Made by a program: the position numbers and the translations under genes
Shown here: in pieces, positions 1 to 7,392 of the stretch
Numbering within the stretch: the first letter of the stretch is position 1
How the letters are laid out: every line of letters starts with the position of its first letter
NCBI GenBank assembly: GCA_046757025.1
Contig: JBHHXN010000133.1
Span: 1-14,725, forward strand
Direction of reading: 5' to 3'
DNA from: a bacterium
Lineage (GTDB): Bacteria; Zhuqueibacterota; Zhuqueibacteria; Oceanimicrobiales; Oceanimicrobiaceae
Length of the DNA: 14,725 nt
Notes under the pieces: model-generated
Database searches by the model: none
Seen by the model: only the letters and a program-made list of their open reading frames with translations
What the model was told of the DNA's origin: nothing

Positions 1-83
1 GCAGGTATTAGCAAAACTAAAATTAGAAATCCAATTATTAATAGTCTCGCACTAATTGATTGTTTCATCCATTTGCCAAGCAT
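1..83 (-). CDS. creD: N-terminal 27 codons of a probable inner-membrane protein CreD (cell envelope integrity protein); partial, runs off the left edge
   Basis: Not in the ORF track. The reverse complement reads ATG(83) MLGKWMKQSISARLLIIGFLILVLLIP(A), with AAGGAGGA (98..91) 7 nt upstream. The 'SISAR-hydrophobic-LLIP' first TM segment resembles CreD N-termini as I recall them; only 27 residues are visible. Confidence 0.65.
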   Translation of the reverse strand, partial: MLGKWMKQSISARLLIIGFLILVLLIP

Positions 84-119
84 AAGTTTTTCCTCCTTAT
101 TTTCAATATCACCAGGGTT

Positions 120-372
120 TCACAAAACTATCCAAACCCGTTTAACCCGTCAACAGCAATTGATTATACGGTTAAGAAAGATGCATTTATGTGAAGATCG
201 AGGTGTTTTCAATTACAGGTCAACATATCAAGACTCTTGTGGATGGTAGAAAATCGGCTGGCACCTATCAACTAAGGTTCCGAGGGGACCATCTTGTAGG
301 AGGCAATTATTTAATCGGAAGTTCATAGACGGAAGGGTTCAAGAAACTAAGAAGAGGCGATTGCTCAAGTAA
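120..372 (+). pseudogene. Degenerate orphan T9SS type A C-terminal sorting domain (Por secretion tail) relic
   Basis: Reading through two -1 shifts: 120-188 SQNYPNPFNPSTAIDYTVKKDAF; 188-313 YVKIEVFSITGQHIKTLVDGRKSAGTYQLRFRGDHLVGGNYL; 316-372 RKFIDGRVQETKKRRLLK*. This is collinear with the CTD at 14481-14725 and ends in the typical KK..LLK-stop. No room for a cargo domain upstream because the creD RBS is at 91-98. Confidence 0.88.
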
Positions 373-378
373 GATTTA

Positions 379-452
379 TGTAAAAATCACGACACTTCAA
401 TGGCCAACCCGACTTTTGCACCCGACACTTATTGAGTGCTGTGATTTTTACA
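379..452. repeat. Inverted repeat / long hairpin directly after the CTD relic
   Basis: TGTAAAAATCAC (379-390) and GTGATTTTTACA (441-452) are perfect 12-bp reverse complements. Pairing extends imperfectly inward: CACTTCAAT with ATTGAGTG. Confidence 0.75.
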
Positions 453-799
453 CTTTGGAGAATCAAAAGTCCTGTTCTTTTCCGAATGTTTATCATAGAA
501 AAGGCGCGGGTGTAAATCAGGTCGTTACCCCACTCATGGCAACTGCATTCCATTGAGTTTTGCCTCAGGTTAGGGACATTGCAATTTAGATACCTCTTGT
601 GCAATTAATATCTGTTTTAAGCGCTTTAAGCATGAAAGTTTGTACGAACCTGGTAGGCTGTTAAGAATTTGGGTGTACACGCTTTAAAGCTGGTGTGAAA
701 ATAGTGTCCTGAGTTTCATTCCCCCGAAAGCGTTTTGGCGTCAACCTAAGGATTAAATGTCCAGTTTCAGCCCTGTTAAAACCGAAAATCTGCCACGCT

Positions 800-917
800 C
801 TCGTTCCAAAAATTCTATTTTGGAACGCAGGTGCGGAGAAACTCTGTTTCGGATAACGACTTTACTGACAGAAACAAATCGATCTGAGAAAATTTGTTGC
901 CAAACTGGAGGTTGGGA
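800..917. repeat. Degenerate REP-doublet (REPIN-like) element
   Basis: Hairpin CGTTCCAAAA-attcta-TTTTGGAACG (802-827) and hairpin GAAAC-tct-GTTTC (838-850), mirrored by decayed counterparts GAAACAAATCG (871-881) and TGTTGCCAAACTGGAGGTTGGGA (895-917). Confidence 0.6.
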
Positions 918-930
918 TTTCTAAGGTTGA

Positions 931-1030
931 CGTAAGTTCGCGAAAGCGGGACTGCATTGAATTATTAGCTCAAGTTTCTGATAGATTTATCCCTGCAGGC
1001 AGTAAGCAGAGTACCAGTCAGGAATGACAG
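931..1030. repeat. Decayed REP-like element of the GTCATTCCCGCGAAAGCGGGAATCCA type
   Basis: TTCGCGAAAGCGGGACTGCA (937-956) on the left and GGAATGACA (1021-1029) on the right. A related fragment TCATTCCCCCGAAAGCG is at 716-732. Family assignment is from memory only. Confidence 0.4.
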
Positions 1031-1192
1031 TTTGAGATCGATTTAATTTATTTTGCCAATTTTTACATTGTCTCAAGTTGACTTCAAATCAGTAGTGAAA
1101 CCTTTTTGCGCCCGCCGTATTTTTTTAGTAAGCGCTTTCAAAGCATCATTTTGTTTGAATGCAGGAACAAGAAAATACAAAAGGAGCTAAAA

Positions 1193-1588
1193 ATGTTAAC
1201 CCAAAAAAGGAAATCGACTACCGCCGAAGTGCCGGTGGCGTCGCTGGCGGATGTGGCTTTTCTACTGTTGATCTTTTTTCTTGTGACCACCACCATTAAT
1301 GTGGATACCGGTATCGGCCTGACTTTGCCTGAGAAAAGGCAAACGCCTGTCCATCCTGAGAATGTCACGAATCTCCTGATAAATTCTGCTGGTGAGATCA
1401 TGCTTGACGACAAAAGAGTCGAGCTGGATGAAATCAAGCATGTAATTCGCAAAAAAGTGAAGAAGAATCCGAACCTGATCGTGTCGGTGAAAACGGATAG
1501 ATCAACCAAATACGAAAGGTTCGTTCACGCCCTGGATGAACTCAAGATGGCGAAAGCGACGCGGATTTCTTTAGCGAATTTGCAGTAG
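1193..1588 (+). CDS. exbD: Biopolymer transport protein ExbD/TolR family (131 aa)
   Basis: ASLADVAFLLLIFFLVTT TM helix with the conserved Asp, and periplasmic motif VSVKTDRSTKYERFVHALDELKMA..RISLA. Start moved to ATG 1193 because AAGGAG (1181-1186) precedes it; the track start at 1106 is a TTG without RBS. Confidence 0.93.
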   Translation: MLTQKRKSTTAEVPVASLADVAFLLLIFFLVTTTINVDTGIGLTLPEKRQTPVHPENVTNLLINSAGEIMLDDKRVELDEIKHVIRKKVKKNPNLIVSVKTDRSTKYERFVHALDELKMAKATRISLANLQ

Positions 1589-1592
1589 TCGC

Positions 1593-2960
1593 TTATTTGA
1601 CGTACACAGTTTTGATATTCACGAATTCTTTGATGCCGTAATGCGCTAACTCCCGACCGTAACCGCTTTCTTTAATACCACCAAACGGTAAGCGGGGATC
1701 CGATTTGACAAAAGCATTGACAAAACAGCAGCCGGCTTCCAGCGCTTCAGCGGCAATGCGCTCGCCTTTTTCCACATCCTGCGTAAACACCGCCGCACCC
1801 AAACCGAAGATGGTATCGTTGGCTACCACAATAGCTTCGGTTTCGTCTTCTACTGTGATGATGGCGGCTACGGGGCCGAACAGCTCTTCGTCATAAGCCG
1901 GCATGCCTTTTTGAACGCGGGTGAGCACCGTCGGCGGATAGTACGCACCCCGACCCTCGGGGATTTTTCCACCGAGCAGGCAGGTCGCCCCCTTTGCAAT
2001 ACTTTTTTGCACCTGCTTGTGCAGCTCGTCACGCAAATCGAGGCGGGCTTGCGGGCCCATGGTGGTTTGTTCTGAGAACGGATCGCCCATCTTCACCGAT
2101 TGCATGGTCTGCACCAGAAGCTGCTCGAAACGCGCCAGTTGGGAACGCACCACCACAAACCGTTTAGCGGCAATGCAGCTTTGACCGGCGTTGATGAGGC
2201 GGCTGGTGGCACAGGCGGACACTGCTGCTTCCAAATCAGCGTCCTCCAAAATCACGTACGGATCGCTGCCGCCCAATTCGAGCACGGTTTTTTTGAGCAT
2301 TTCACCGGCTTTGCCGGCCACGGCCTTGCCGGCGGGCGTGCTGCCGGTGAGGGTGACGGCTTTTACCATGGGGTTTTCGATCACCGCCGCTACCTGACGA
2401 CTGCCGATGAGCAGCGTTCGGAACGTGTCCGGGGGGAAGCCCGCCTTATGAAACACTTCTTCGATGGCCAGGGCGCAGCCAGGCACATTGGAGGCGTGTT
2501 TTAACAGGCCCACATTCCCGGCCATGAGCGCCGGTGCGGCAAACCGAAAAACCTGCCAGAACGGAAAATTCCAGGGCATGACCGCCAGCACCACGCCCAG
2601 CGGTTGAAAAGTCACGAAGCTTCTGGAAGCATCGGTGGCGATGACTTCTTCCTGCAAAAAAATCTCAGCGTTTTCCGCATAATAATTGCACACCCAGGCA
2701 CACTTTTCGCTTTCCGCCCGCCCATCGCGGAGGGGCTTGCCCATTTCCAGTGCCATGAGTTTGGCGTACTCATCGACGTTGTCACGCAGAATCACCGCCG
2801 CTTTTTTCATCAGGCGTGCGCGTTCAGTAAAAGCGGTATGGCGCCAGGAAAGAAAGGCCGTATATGCGGCCTGGATTATCGACTGGACTTCTTCTGCCGA
2901 CATTTCAGGGTAGGTTTTAATGGTTTCCCCGGTTGCCGGATTGATGGCGGTTATGCTCAT
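1593..2960 (-). CDS. gabD: NAD(P)+-dependent succinate-semialdehyde dehydrogenase (GabD1/Sad/SsaD-type ALDH), 455 aa
   Basis: ALDH motifs MPWNFPFWQVFRF, LKHAS, LTGS, LELGGSDP, NAGQSC (catalytic Cys), EELFGP, PFGGIKESGYGRE. RBS GGGAGG lies inside the upstream gene, with ATGA overlap at 2957-2960. Confidence 0.92.
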   Translation of the reverse strand: MSITAINPATGETIKTYPEMSAEEVQSIIQAAYTAFLSWRHTAFTERARLMKKAAVILRDNVDEYAKLMALEMGKPLRDGRAESEKCAWVCNYYAENAEIFLQEEVIATDASRSFVTFQPLGVVLAVMPWNFPFWQVFRFAAPALMAGNVGLLKHASNVPGCALAIEEVFHKAGFPPDTFRTLLIGSRQVAAVIENPMVKAVTLTGSTPAGKAVAGKAGEMLKKTVLELGGSDPYVILEDADLEAAVSACATSRLINAGQSCIAAKRFVVVRSQLARFEQLLVQTMQSVKMGDPFSEQTTMGPQARLDLRDELHKQVQKSIAKGATCLLGGKIPEGRGAYYPPTVLTRVQKGMPAYDEELFGPVAAIITVEDETEAIVVANDTIFGLGAAVFTQDVEKGERIAAEALEAGCCFVNAFVKSDPRLPFGGIKESGYGRELAHYGIKEFVNIKTVYVK

Positions 2961-4609
2961 GCGTTATCCTCCCAATATTGATTCAGTTTTTCCACCAGCG
3001 CGTTGTTGACGCTGGCGTCCACGGGAATTTCGACCAGATTCAACTCCTTTGACGTGATGGCCGTTTGCAAGTTTTTTTTCAGCTCCGAGAGGTTTTGCGG
3101 CCGGTAGGCCGTGATGCCAAAACTCTCCGCGTACAATTTGAAGTCCGGATTGCTGAGGCGTGTGCTCACCGAGGTGCCTCTGGACATGCTCTGTTTCCAG
3201 CTTATCAGGCCGTAATCGTTGTCGTTAAAAACCACGGTGGTGAAGCGGACGCCCAGTCGTTTGGCGGTTTCTAATTCCTGGGAATTCATCAGGAAACCGC
3301 CATCGCCCATGACCGCCACCACCTGACGCTGCGGCTGCAGCAGTGCCGCGGCGATGGCGCCCGGCAGCGCAATGCCCATGCTCGCTAGTCCGTTGCTGAT
3401 GATGCAGCCGTTGGGTGTGCAGGTGGGAAAATTGCGCGCAATCCACATCTTATGACTGCCGACGTCGCTGATGAGCAATCCGCTGTCGTCCAATACTTGA
3501 CGGATGATATTGAGGGAGCCGGGAATGGTGAACGGCTGGCCCTCTTTGAGATCATAGCTGGCGATGTCGTTCAGGATTTGCTCACGAATGGGTTGATACC
3601 ATTCCGCATCAAATTCCAGGTCCGCATCCATCAGCCGCTGATTGAGCTCCCACAACGCTCCGGAAATATCCCCCACCACTTCCACGTCGGGAAGGTAATT
3701 GCTGTAAACTTCACTTGGAGAGAAATCGATATGAACGATTTGTTTTTCACCTGCGGCGTTCCATTTTTCAGGCGGATATTCCGCGATGTCGTAGCCCACA
3801 GTGAGGATGAGGTCGGCATTTTCCACAGCAGCCATCACAAAATCCTTGAACCCGAGTCCGATGCTCAACAGAGATTGTGGGGACTTATCCGAAATGGCTC
3901 CCTTCCCCATGAAAGTCGAGACCACAGGAATCTGGTGTTTCTCGGCAAGCTGCGTCAGGTGTTTGCTGGCCAGCTTTCGGATGGCGCCGTTGCCGGCGAT
4001 GATCAGCGGCCGCCGGGCGTGCACGAGCAAGTGAATGGTGCGGTTGATGGCCTTGTAGTCCGGACTGGGACGTCGCACGCGTTTTGGCTCGATGGGCGCC
4101 TGTTTCGATTGCACGTTCAGTTTGGCGAGGTCCTCGGACAGTTCGATGTGTGTGGCGCCGGGTTTTTCATATTCGGCGATTTTAAAAGCTTTTCTAGTCA
4201 CTTCACAAACAATTTCAGGAGAAGAGATCGCGGCATTCCATTTGGTGATTGGTCGAAATACGTTGACGATGTCCAGGTATTGGTGGCTTTCGTGGTGTAA
4301 TCGTGTCAAGCCCCCCTGACCGGTGATGGCCACGATGGGCGCCTTGTCTAAATTAGCGTCTGCCACCCCGGTGATGAGGTTGGTCGCACCCGGTCCCAGC
4401 GTGGCCAGACAAACGCCGGCTTTGCCAGTGAGCCGGCCCCAGACATTGGCCGTGAACGCCGCGCCCGATTCATGCCGGCACGGAACGAACTCGATGGCGG
4501 AGTCTTGCAGCGAAAACAGCAGGTCTTCATTTTCTTCTCCCGGTACGCCAAAAATATAGCGAACCCCCTCGTTCTCCAGGCACTTAACGAATAAATCCGA
4601 GACTTTCAT
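2957..4609 (-). CDS. ThDP-dependent acetolactate-synthase-large-subunit-like enzyme, candidate 2-oxoglutarate decarboxylase (OgdA-like), 550 aa
   Basis: LENEGVRYIFGVPGEEN, RHESGAAF (catalytic Glu), TLGPGATNL.TGVADANLD, ESHQYLD, and ThDP motif GDGGFLMNSQELETA...FNDNDYGLI. Fold assignment is secure; the substrate is inferred from subfamily resemblance and gene context. Confidence 0.85.
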   Translation of the reverse strand: MKVSDLFVKCLENEGVRYIFGVPGEENEDLLFSLQDSAIEFVPCRHESGAAFTANVWGRLTGKAGVCLATLGPGATNLITGVADANLDKAPIVAITGQGGLTRLHHESHQYLDIVNVFRPITKWNAAISSPEIVCEVTRKAFKIAEYEKPGATHIELSEDLAKLNVQSKQAPIEPKRVRRPSPDYKAINRTIHLLVHARRPLIIAGNGAIRKLASKHLTQLAEKHQIPVVSTFMGKGAISDKSPQSLLSIGLGFKDFVMAAVENADLILTVGYDIAEYPPEKWNAAGEKQIVHIDFSPSEVYSNYLPDVEVVGDISGALWELNQRLMDADLEFDAEWYQPIREQILNDIASYDLKEGQPFTIPGSLNIIRQVLDDSGLLISDVGSHKMWIARNFPTCTPNGCIISNGLASMGIALPGAIAAALLQPQRQVVAVMGDGGFLMNSQELETAKRLGVRFTTVVFNDNDYGLISWKQSMSRGTSVSTRLSNPDFKLYAESFGITAYRPQNLSELKKNLQTAITSKELNLVEIPVDASVNNALVEKLNQYWEDNA

Positions 4610-4689
4610 TTTTATCTTTCAGTAAATTAAGCAATGCAATTTATAGTATTACATCTGAACTTTTGCATTTTTTTGCCAAGAAAAAAAAT

Positions 4690-4792
4690 CGAAAACCGGA
4701 AACCGAAATTCGTCGTCTATAGATTTTGAAATAGACAAGCCAACTCTGGAATTCCTTTTTACGAATTTCGCTTTTCGGTTTGCGGCTTTTCG
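4690..4792. repeat. Inverted array of heptamer-like units forming a long hairpin
   Basis: Left arm CGAAAAC-CGGAAAC-CGAAATT-CGT; right arm reverse complement CGAAAAG-CCGCAAAC-CGAAAAG-CGAAATT-CGT. Perfect 10-bp core at 4704-4713/4761-4770, plus inner stem GTCTAT (4715-4720)/ATAGAC (4731-4736). Confidence 0.65.
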
Positions 4793-4907
4793 CTGCATTA
4801 GGTAAAACAACTCTTTGAAGAAAACACCTGGCATTTATATTGTATTCCTTTTATTGTGCTGAAGGCTGCATTATCATGCCGTTAGCGTTTGAACGAAAAC
4901 GATTCTA

Positions 4908-4997
4908 TCTTCCCGAAGGCGGCCTGGCCGAGGGTGAATTCCTGCCTGGCTCGGCGGGGCTTTTCTTAGCTTTGTCGAAGGCACGCCTTCGCGAAGA
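4908..4997. other. GC-rich nested stem-loop element just downstream of the methyltransferase gene
   Basis: TCTTCCCGAAGGCG (4908-4921) pairs 13/14 with CGCCTTCGCGAAGA (4984-4997). Inner stem GCCGAG (4927-4932)/CTCGGC (4950-4955). Competing local hairpin CGAAGG-cacg-CCTTCG (4976-4991). Confidence 0.55.
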
Positions 4998-5041
4998 GGT
5001 TTTTAAATCGTGCATTTCTCGAGTTTTCGTTCAATCTTTCA

Positions 5042-6214
5042 TTAATCATGCGTCTGATATTTCTTTTTCTTGCTGCCGGCGTACAATTCGTATTTCTGAA
5101 ACCGGCATTCCAAACCTCCGTTAAAAACCGTCACTTTTTTGGAAGGACGCAGCCCGACATGTTTGAGGGCTTCTTTATTGGCGCTCAAAATCCAGGCTTC
5201 GAATCCGTTGAAACGCTGTTTCAAACAGTCGCCGATCATCTGGTAAAAGGCGCCGATATCGGCTGATTTCATGCGTGTGCCGTACGGTGGATTCATCAGC
5301 AGCATGCCCGCCGGCTCCGGGGCTTCGAGCGCTTCAAATGGCTTCAGCAACAGCTCAATTTTGCTCTGCATTTGCGCCCGCTTGATATTTTCTCTTGCGC
5401 TTTCGATGGCTCGTGTGGATTTATCCGAACCCAGGATAAGCCCTTCGAATGGCGCGGCTTGCTCCGCTGCGGTCTGCTTGATTTTCTTCCACAAATCTGC
5501 ATCATAATCTGGCCATTTTTGAAAGCCAAATTTTTTTCTGTGAAGGCCCGGAGGAACCTGGCACGCCATAGCGGCGGCCTCTATGAGCAGGGTGCCGGAG
5601 CCGCACATGGGATCGATAAAACAGCTTTTTCGGTCCCAGCCGGTCAGCAAGATCAAACCCGCGGCCAGGGCTTCGTTCAAAGGCGCTGCGGTTTTATCCA
5701 GACGGTAACCTCGTTTGTGCAGCGCTTCGCCGGAGCTGTCCAGAGAAAGCGTGCAAACATCTTTGAAAATGTGCACGTTGATGCGTAAGTCGGGATTTTC
5801 CACATCCACTGAGGGACGTCTGCCGGTTCGATCTCGGAACTGATCCACGATGGCGTCCTTGGCTTTTAAAGCCACATACTTTGAATGCTTGAAGTATTGC
5901 GACCCCACCACGCTGTCCACCGCAAACGTGGTCTGCAAATCCAGATACCGGCGCCAGTCGATTTCCCTAAAACTTTTGTAAAAATGTTCGATGCGTCGGG
6001 TGCGGAATTCGTGGATGGGTTTCAGCACCCGCAAAGCGGTCCGCAGCCACAAATTCGCACGATACAGCAGGGTCTGATCCCCGTAAAAAGTCACTGCACG
6101 GTTTTTTAATTCGATGTCACCTACGCCCAACCGTTTTATTTCATCAGCTAGAATCGGCTCCAGCCCGTAAAGGGTTTTCGCGATGAGTTTGAATTTTGGT
6201 TTGTTTTGCTGCAC
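5042..6214 (-). CDS. rlmL: THUMP-domain class I SAM-dependent RNA methyltransferase (stand-alone RlmL/YpsC type, probable 23S rRNA m2G2445), 390 aa
   Basis: Motifs KTLYGLE.IL, YRANLWLRTALRVL, KDAIVDQFR...RPSVD..NPD, SLDSSGEALHKRGYR, APLNEALAAG, DPMCGSGT (SAM binding) and NPPYG. The GTG start lacks a clear RBS, so the exact start is uncertain. Confidence 0.88.
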   Translation of the reverse strand: MQQNKPKFKLIAKTLYGLEPILADEIKRLGVGDIELKNRAVTFYGDQTLLYRANLWLRTALRVLKPIHEFRTRRIEHFYKSFREIDWRRYLDLQTTFAVDSVVGSQYFKHSKYVALKAKDAIVDQFRDRTGRRPSVDVENPDLRINVHIFKDVCTLSLDSSGEALHKRGYRLDKTAAPLNEALAAGLILLTGWDRKSCFIDPMCGSGTLLIEAAAMACQVPPGLHRKKFGFQKWPDYDADLWKKIKQTAAEQAAPFEGLILGSDKSTRAIESARENIKRAQMQSKIELLLKPFEALEAPEPAGMLLMNPPYGTRMKSADIGAFYQMIGDCLKQRFNGFEAWILSANKEALKHVGLRPSKKVTVFNGGLECRFQKYELYAGSKKKKYQTHD

Positions 6215-6330
6215 AGTTTTGGGCCAGTCATTTTATATATTAAAGTCAGATTCTGGCTTCTTCTATTTTATTCGTAGTATAATGACTCGTTGAAAATCTG
6301 TTTTGAATGATGATTAAAGAGTTATCATGG

Positions 6331-6402
6331 TTTCCCGAATTTTTTTCAAGACTCACCATGAAAAAATACGCTTCAGCCTGAGTCCGAAAGAAGTTCGGGA
6401 AA
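6331..6402. repeat. Imperfect ~24-bp inverted repeat with 23-nt spacer
   Basis: Left TTTCCCGAATTTTTTTCAAGACTCA (6331-6355); right arm (6379-6402) reverse complement TTTCCCGAACTTCTTTCGGACTCA. Confidence 0.7.
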
Positions 6403-6541
6403 GGTTCTTTTTTCAACGCATTCAATTAGTGTTAACTCCATGTAATTTATATCTTGTTGATTCTGTTTTATCCTTTAATCCTCTCAATATAGGGATACTC
6501 GAATTTTAGCGCTTTCGATGAATTTTGATTTCGTACTCTCT

Positions 6542-6733
6542 AATATCAAAATTTAATGTTCCTTTGTCAATGAAAATATCTTTCAAAATCATTGTTAATT
6601 GAATTTGCATTTTCTGGATGTTAGAATTTGCGACCGCCATCTATCTAAAAAATAAACAGCCTGGTCTGGCATATTTGTGTGCATTTGTAAAACAAAGATT
6701 TAACTTGACAAAAAGAAAAAAAATTAACATATC
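6542..6733. promoter_or_regulatory. Possible back-to-back sigma70-type promoters
   Basis: Minus strand: TTGACA (6570..6565)-17 nt-GATATT (6547..6542), facing rlmL. Plus strand: TTGACA (6705-6710)-17 nt-CATATC (6728-6733), facing the giant gene. The -35 boxes are perfect but the -10 boxes are weak. Confidence 0.3.
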
Positions 6734-7284
6734 TATTATTAGATTCACCTCCCACAAAAACATTTCTGGTGGGTCAACTCTTTTTGCTAAACTATTCTAA
6801 CACATAAATGACTCGATCAAAAAAATGACCGAGTTGCAAATCATTTGTAGCAGTCATATCAAGTTCAACATCTTCCAGCGGATGTGATGAGTTTTATCCG
6901 TATTTCATCTTTTCCAATACAAACTGGGTCCAATTGCGGCACCATGGAAACTGATTTTGGATTTTCGAGCATCATCGAGTTGATACAAAAACACTTTTCG
7001 CTCCTCTGTGCAAAGGTCCCGCAAATCATCATACCAAATCAATGCATGGTTTTAAGCGATCACGCTTTTTACATACATTTGAATCGAACAATTTGCAATT
7101 TTAAGAGATAACAATGTCTTTTTTTGATACAACGTTGTCTCAATATTATCCTGCTGGGAAATAGACATTCAGAAGGTGTAATTTCTAATTCTATCTGCCC
7201 TGAGCATGGACTTTCGATTTAAATGGGACAATTTATTTTTCCTTAAGTACATGGTTTTTGGACATCTTTGTTGGAGGAGGCATC

Positions 7285-7371
7285 ATGTTTACGAAAATCC
7301 AAAATTGGCTGAGTATTAATAGCTTTTTAATCAGCAGCATTGTTTTTTTTCTGGCGCTACCAGCCCAGGCA
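7285..7371 (+). other. Sec/SPI signal peptide (29 aa), cleavage AQA|Q
   Basis: MFTKIQNWLSINSFLISSIVFFLALPAQA|QDDEF has a basic N-region, a hydrophobic core, an A-x-A box and a +1 Gln. Confidence 0.8.
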
Positions 7372-7392
7372 CAGGATGATGAATTTACCATC

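Noticed and set aside
365..604. 79-aa minus-strand ORF, and short ORFs at 4649-5124 and 6327-7111
   Set aside because: No RBS or motif; they overlap inverted repeats or AT-rich spacer DNA.
2957..4609. Calling the ThDP enzyme ilvB
   Set aside because: No regulatory small subunit or ilv genes nearby, and it is coupled to an SSADH; the symbol is left blank pending phylogeny.
1705..6109. Plus-strand ORFs such as 3452..4300 (282 aa), 2100..2504 and 5372..5788
   Set aside because: Antisense to well-supported enzymes, with no family signatures.
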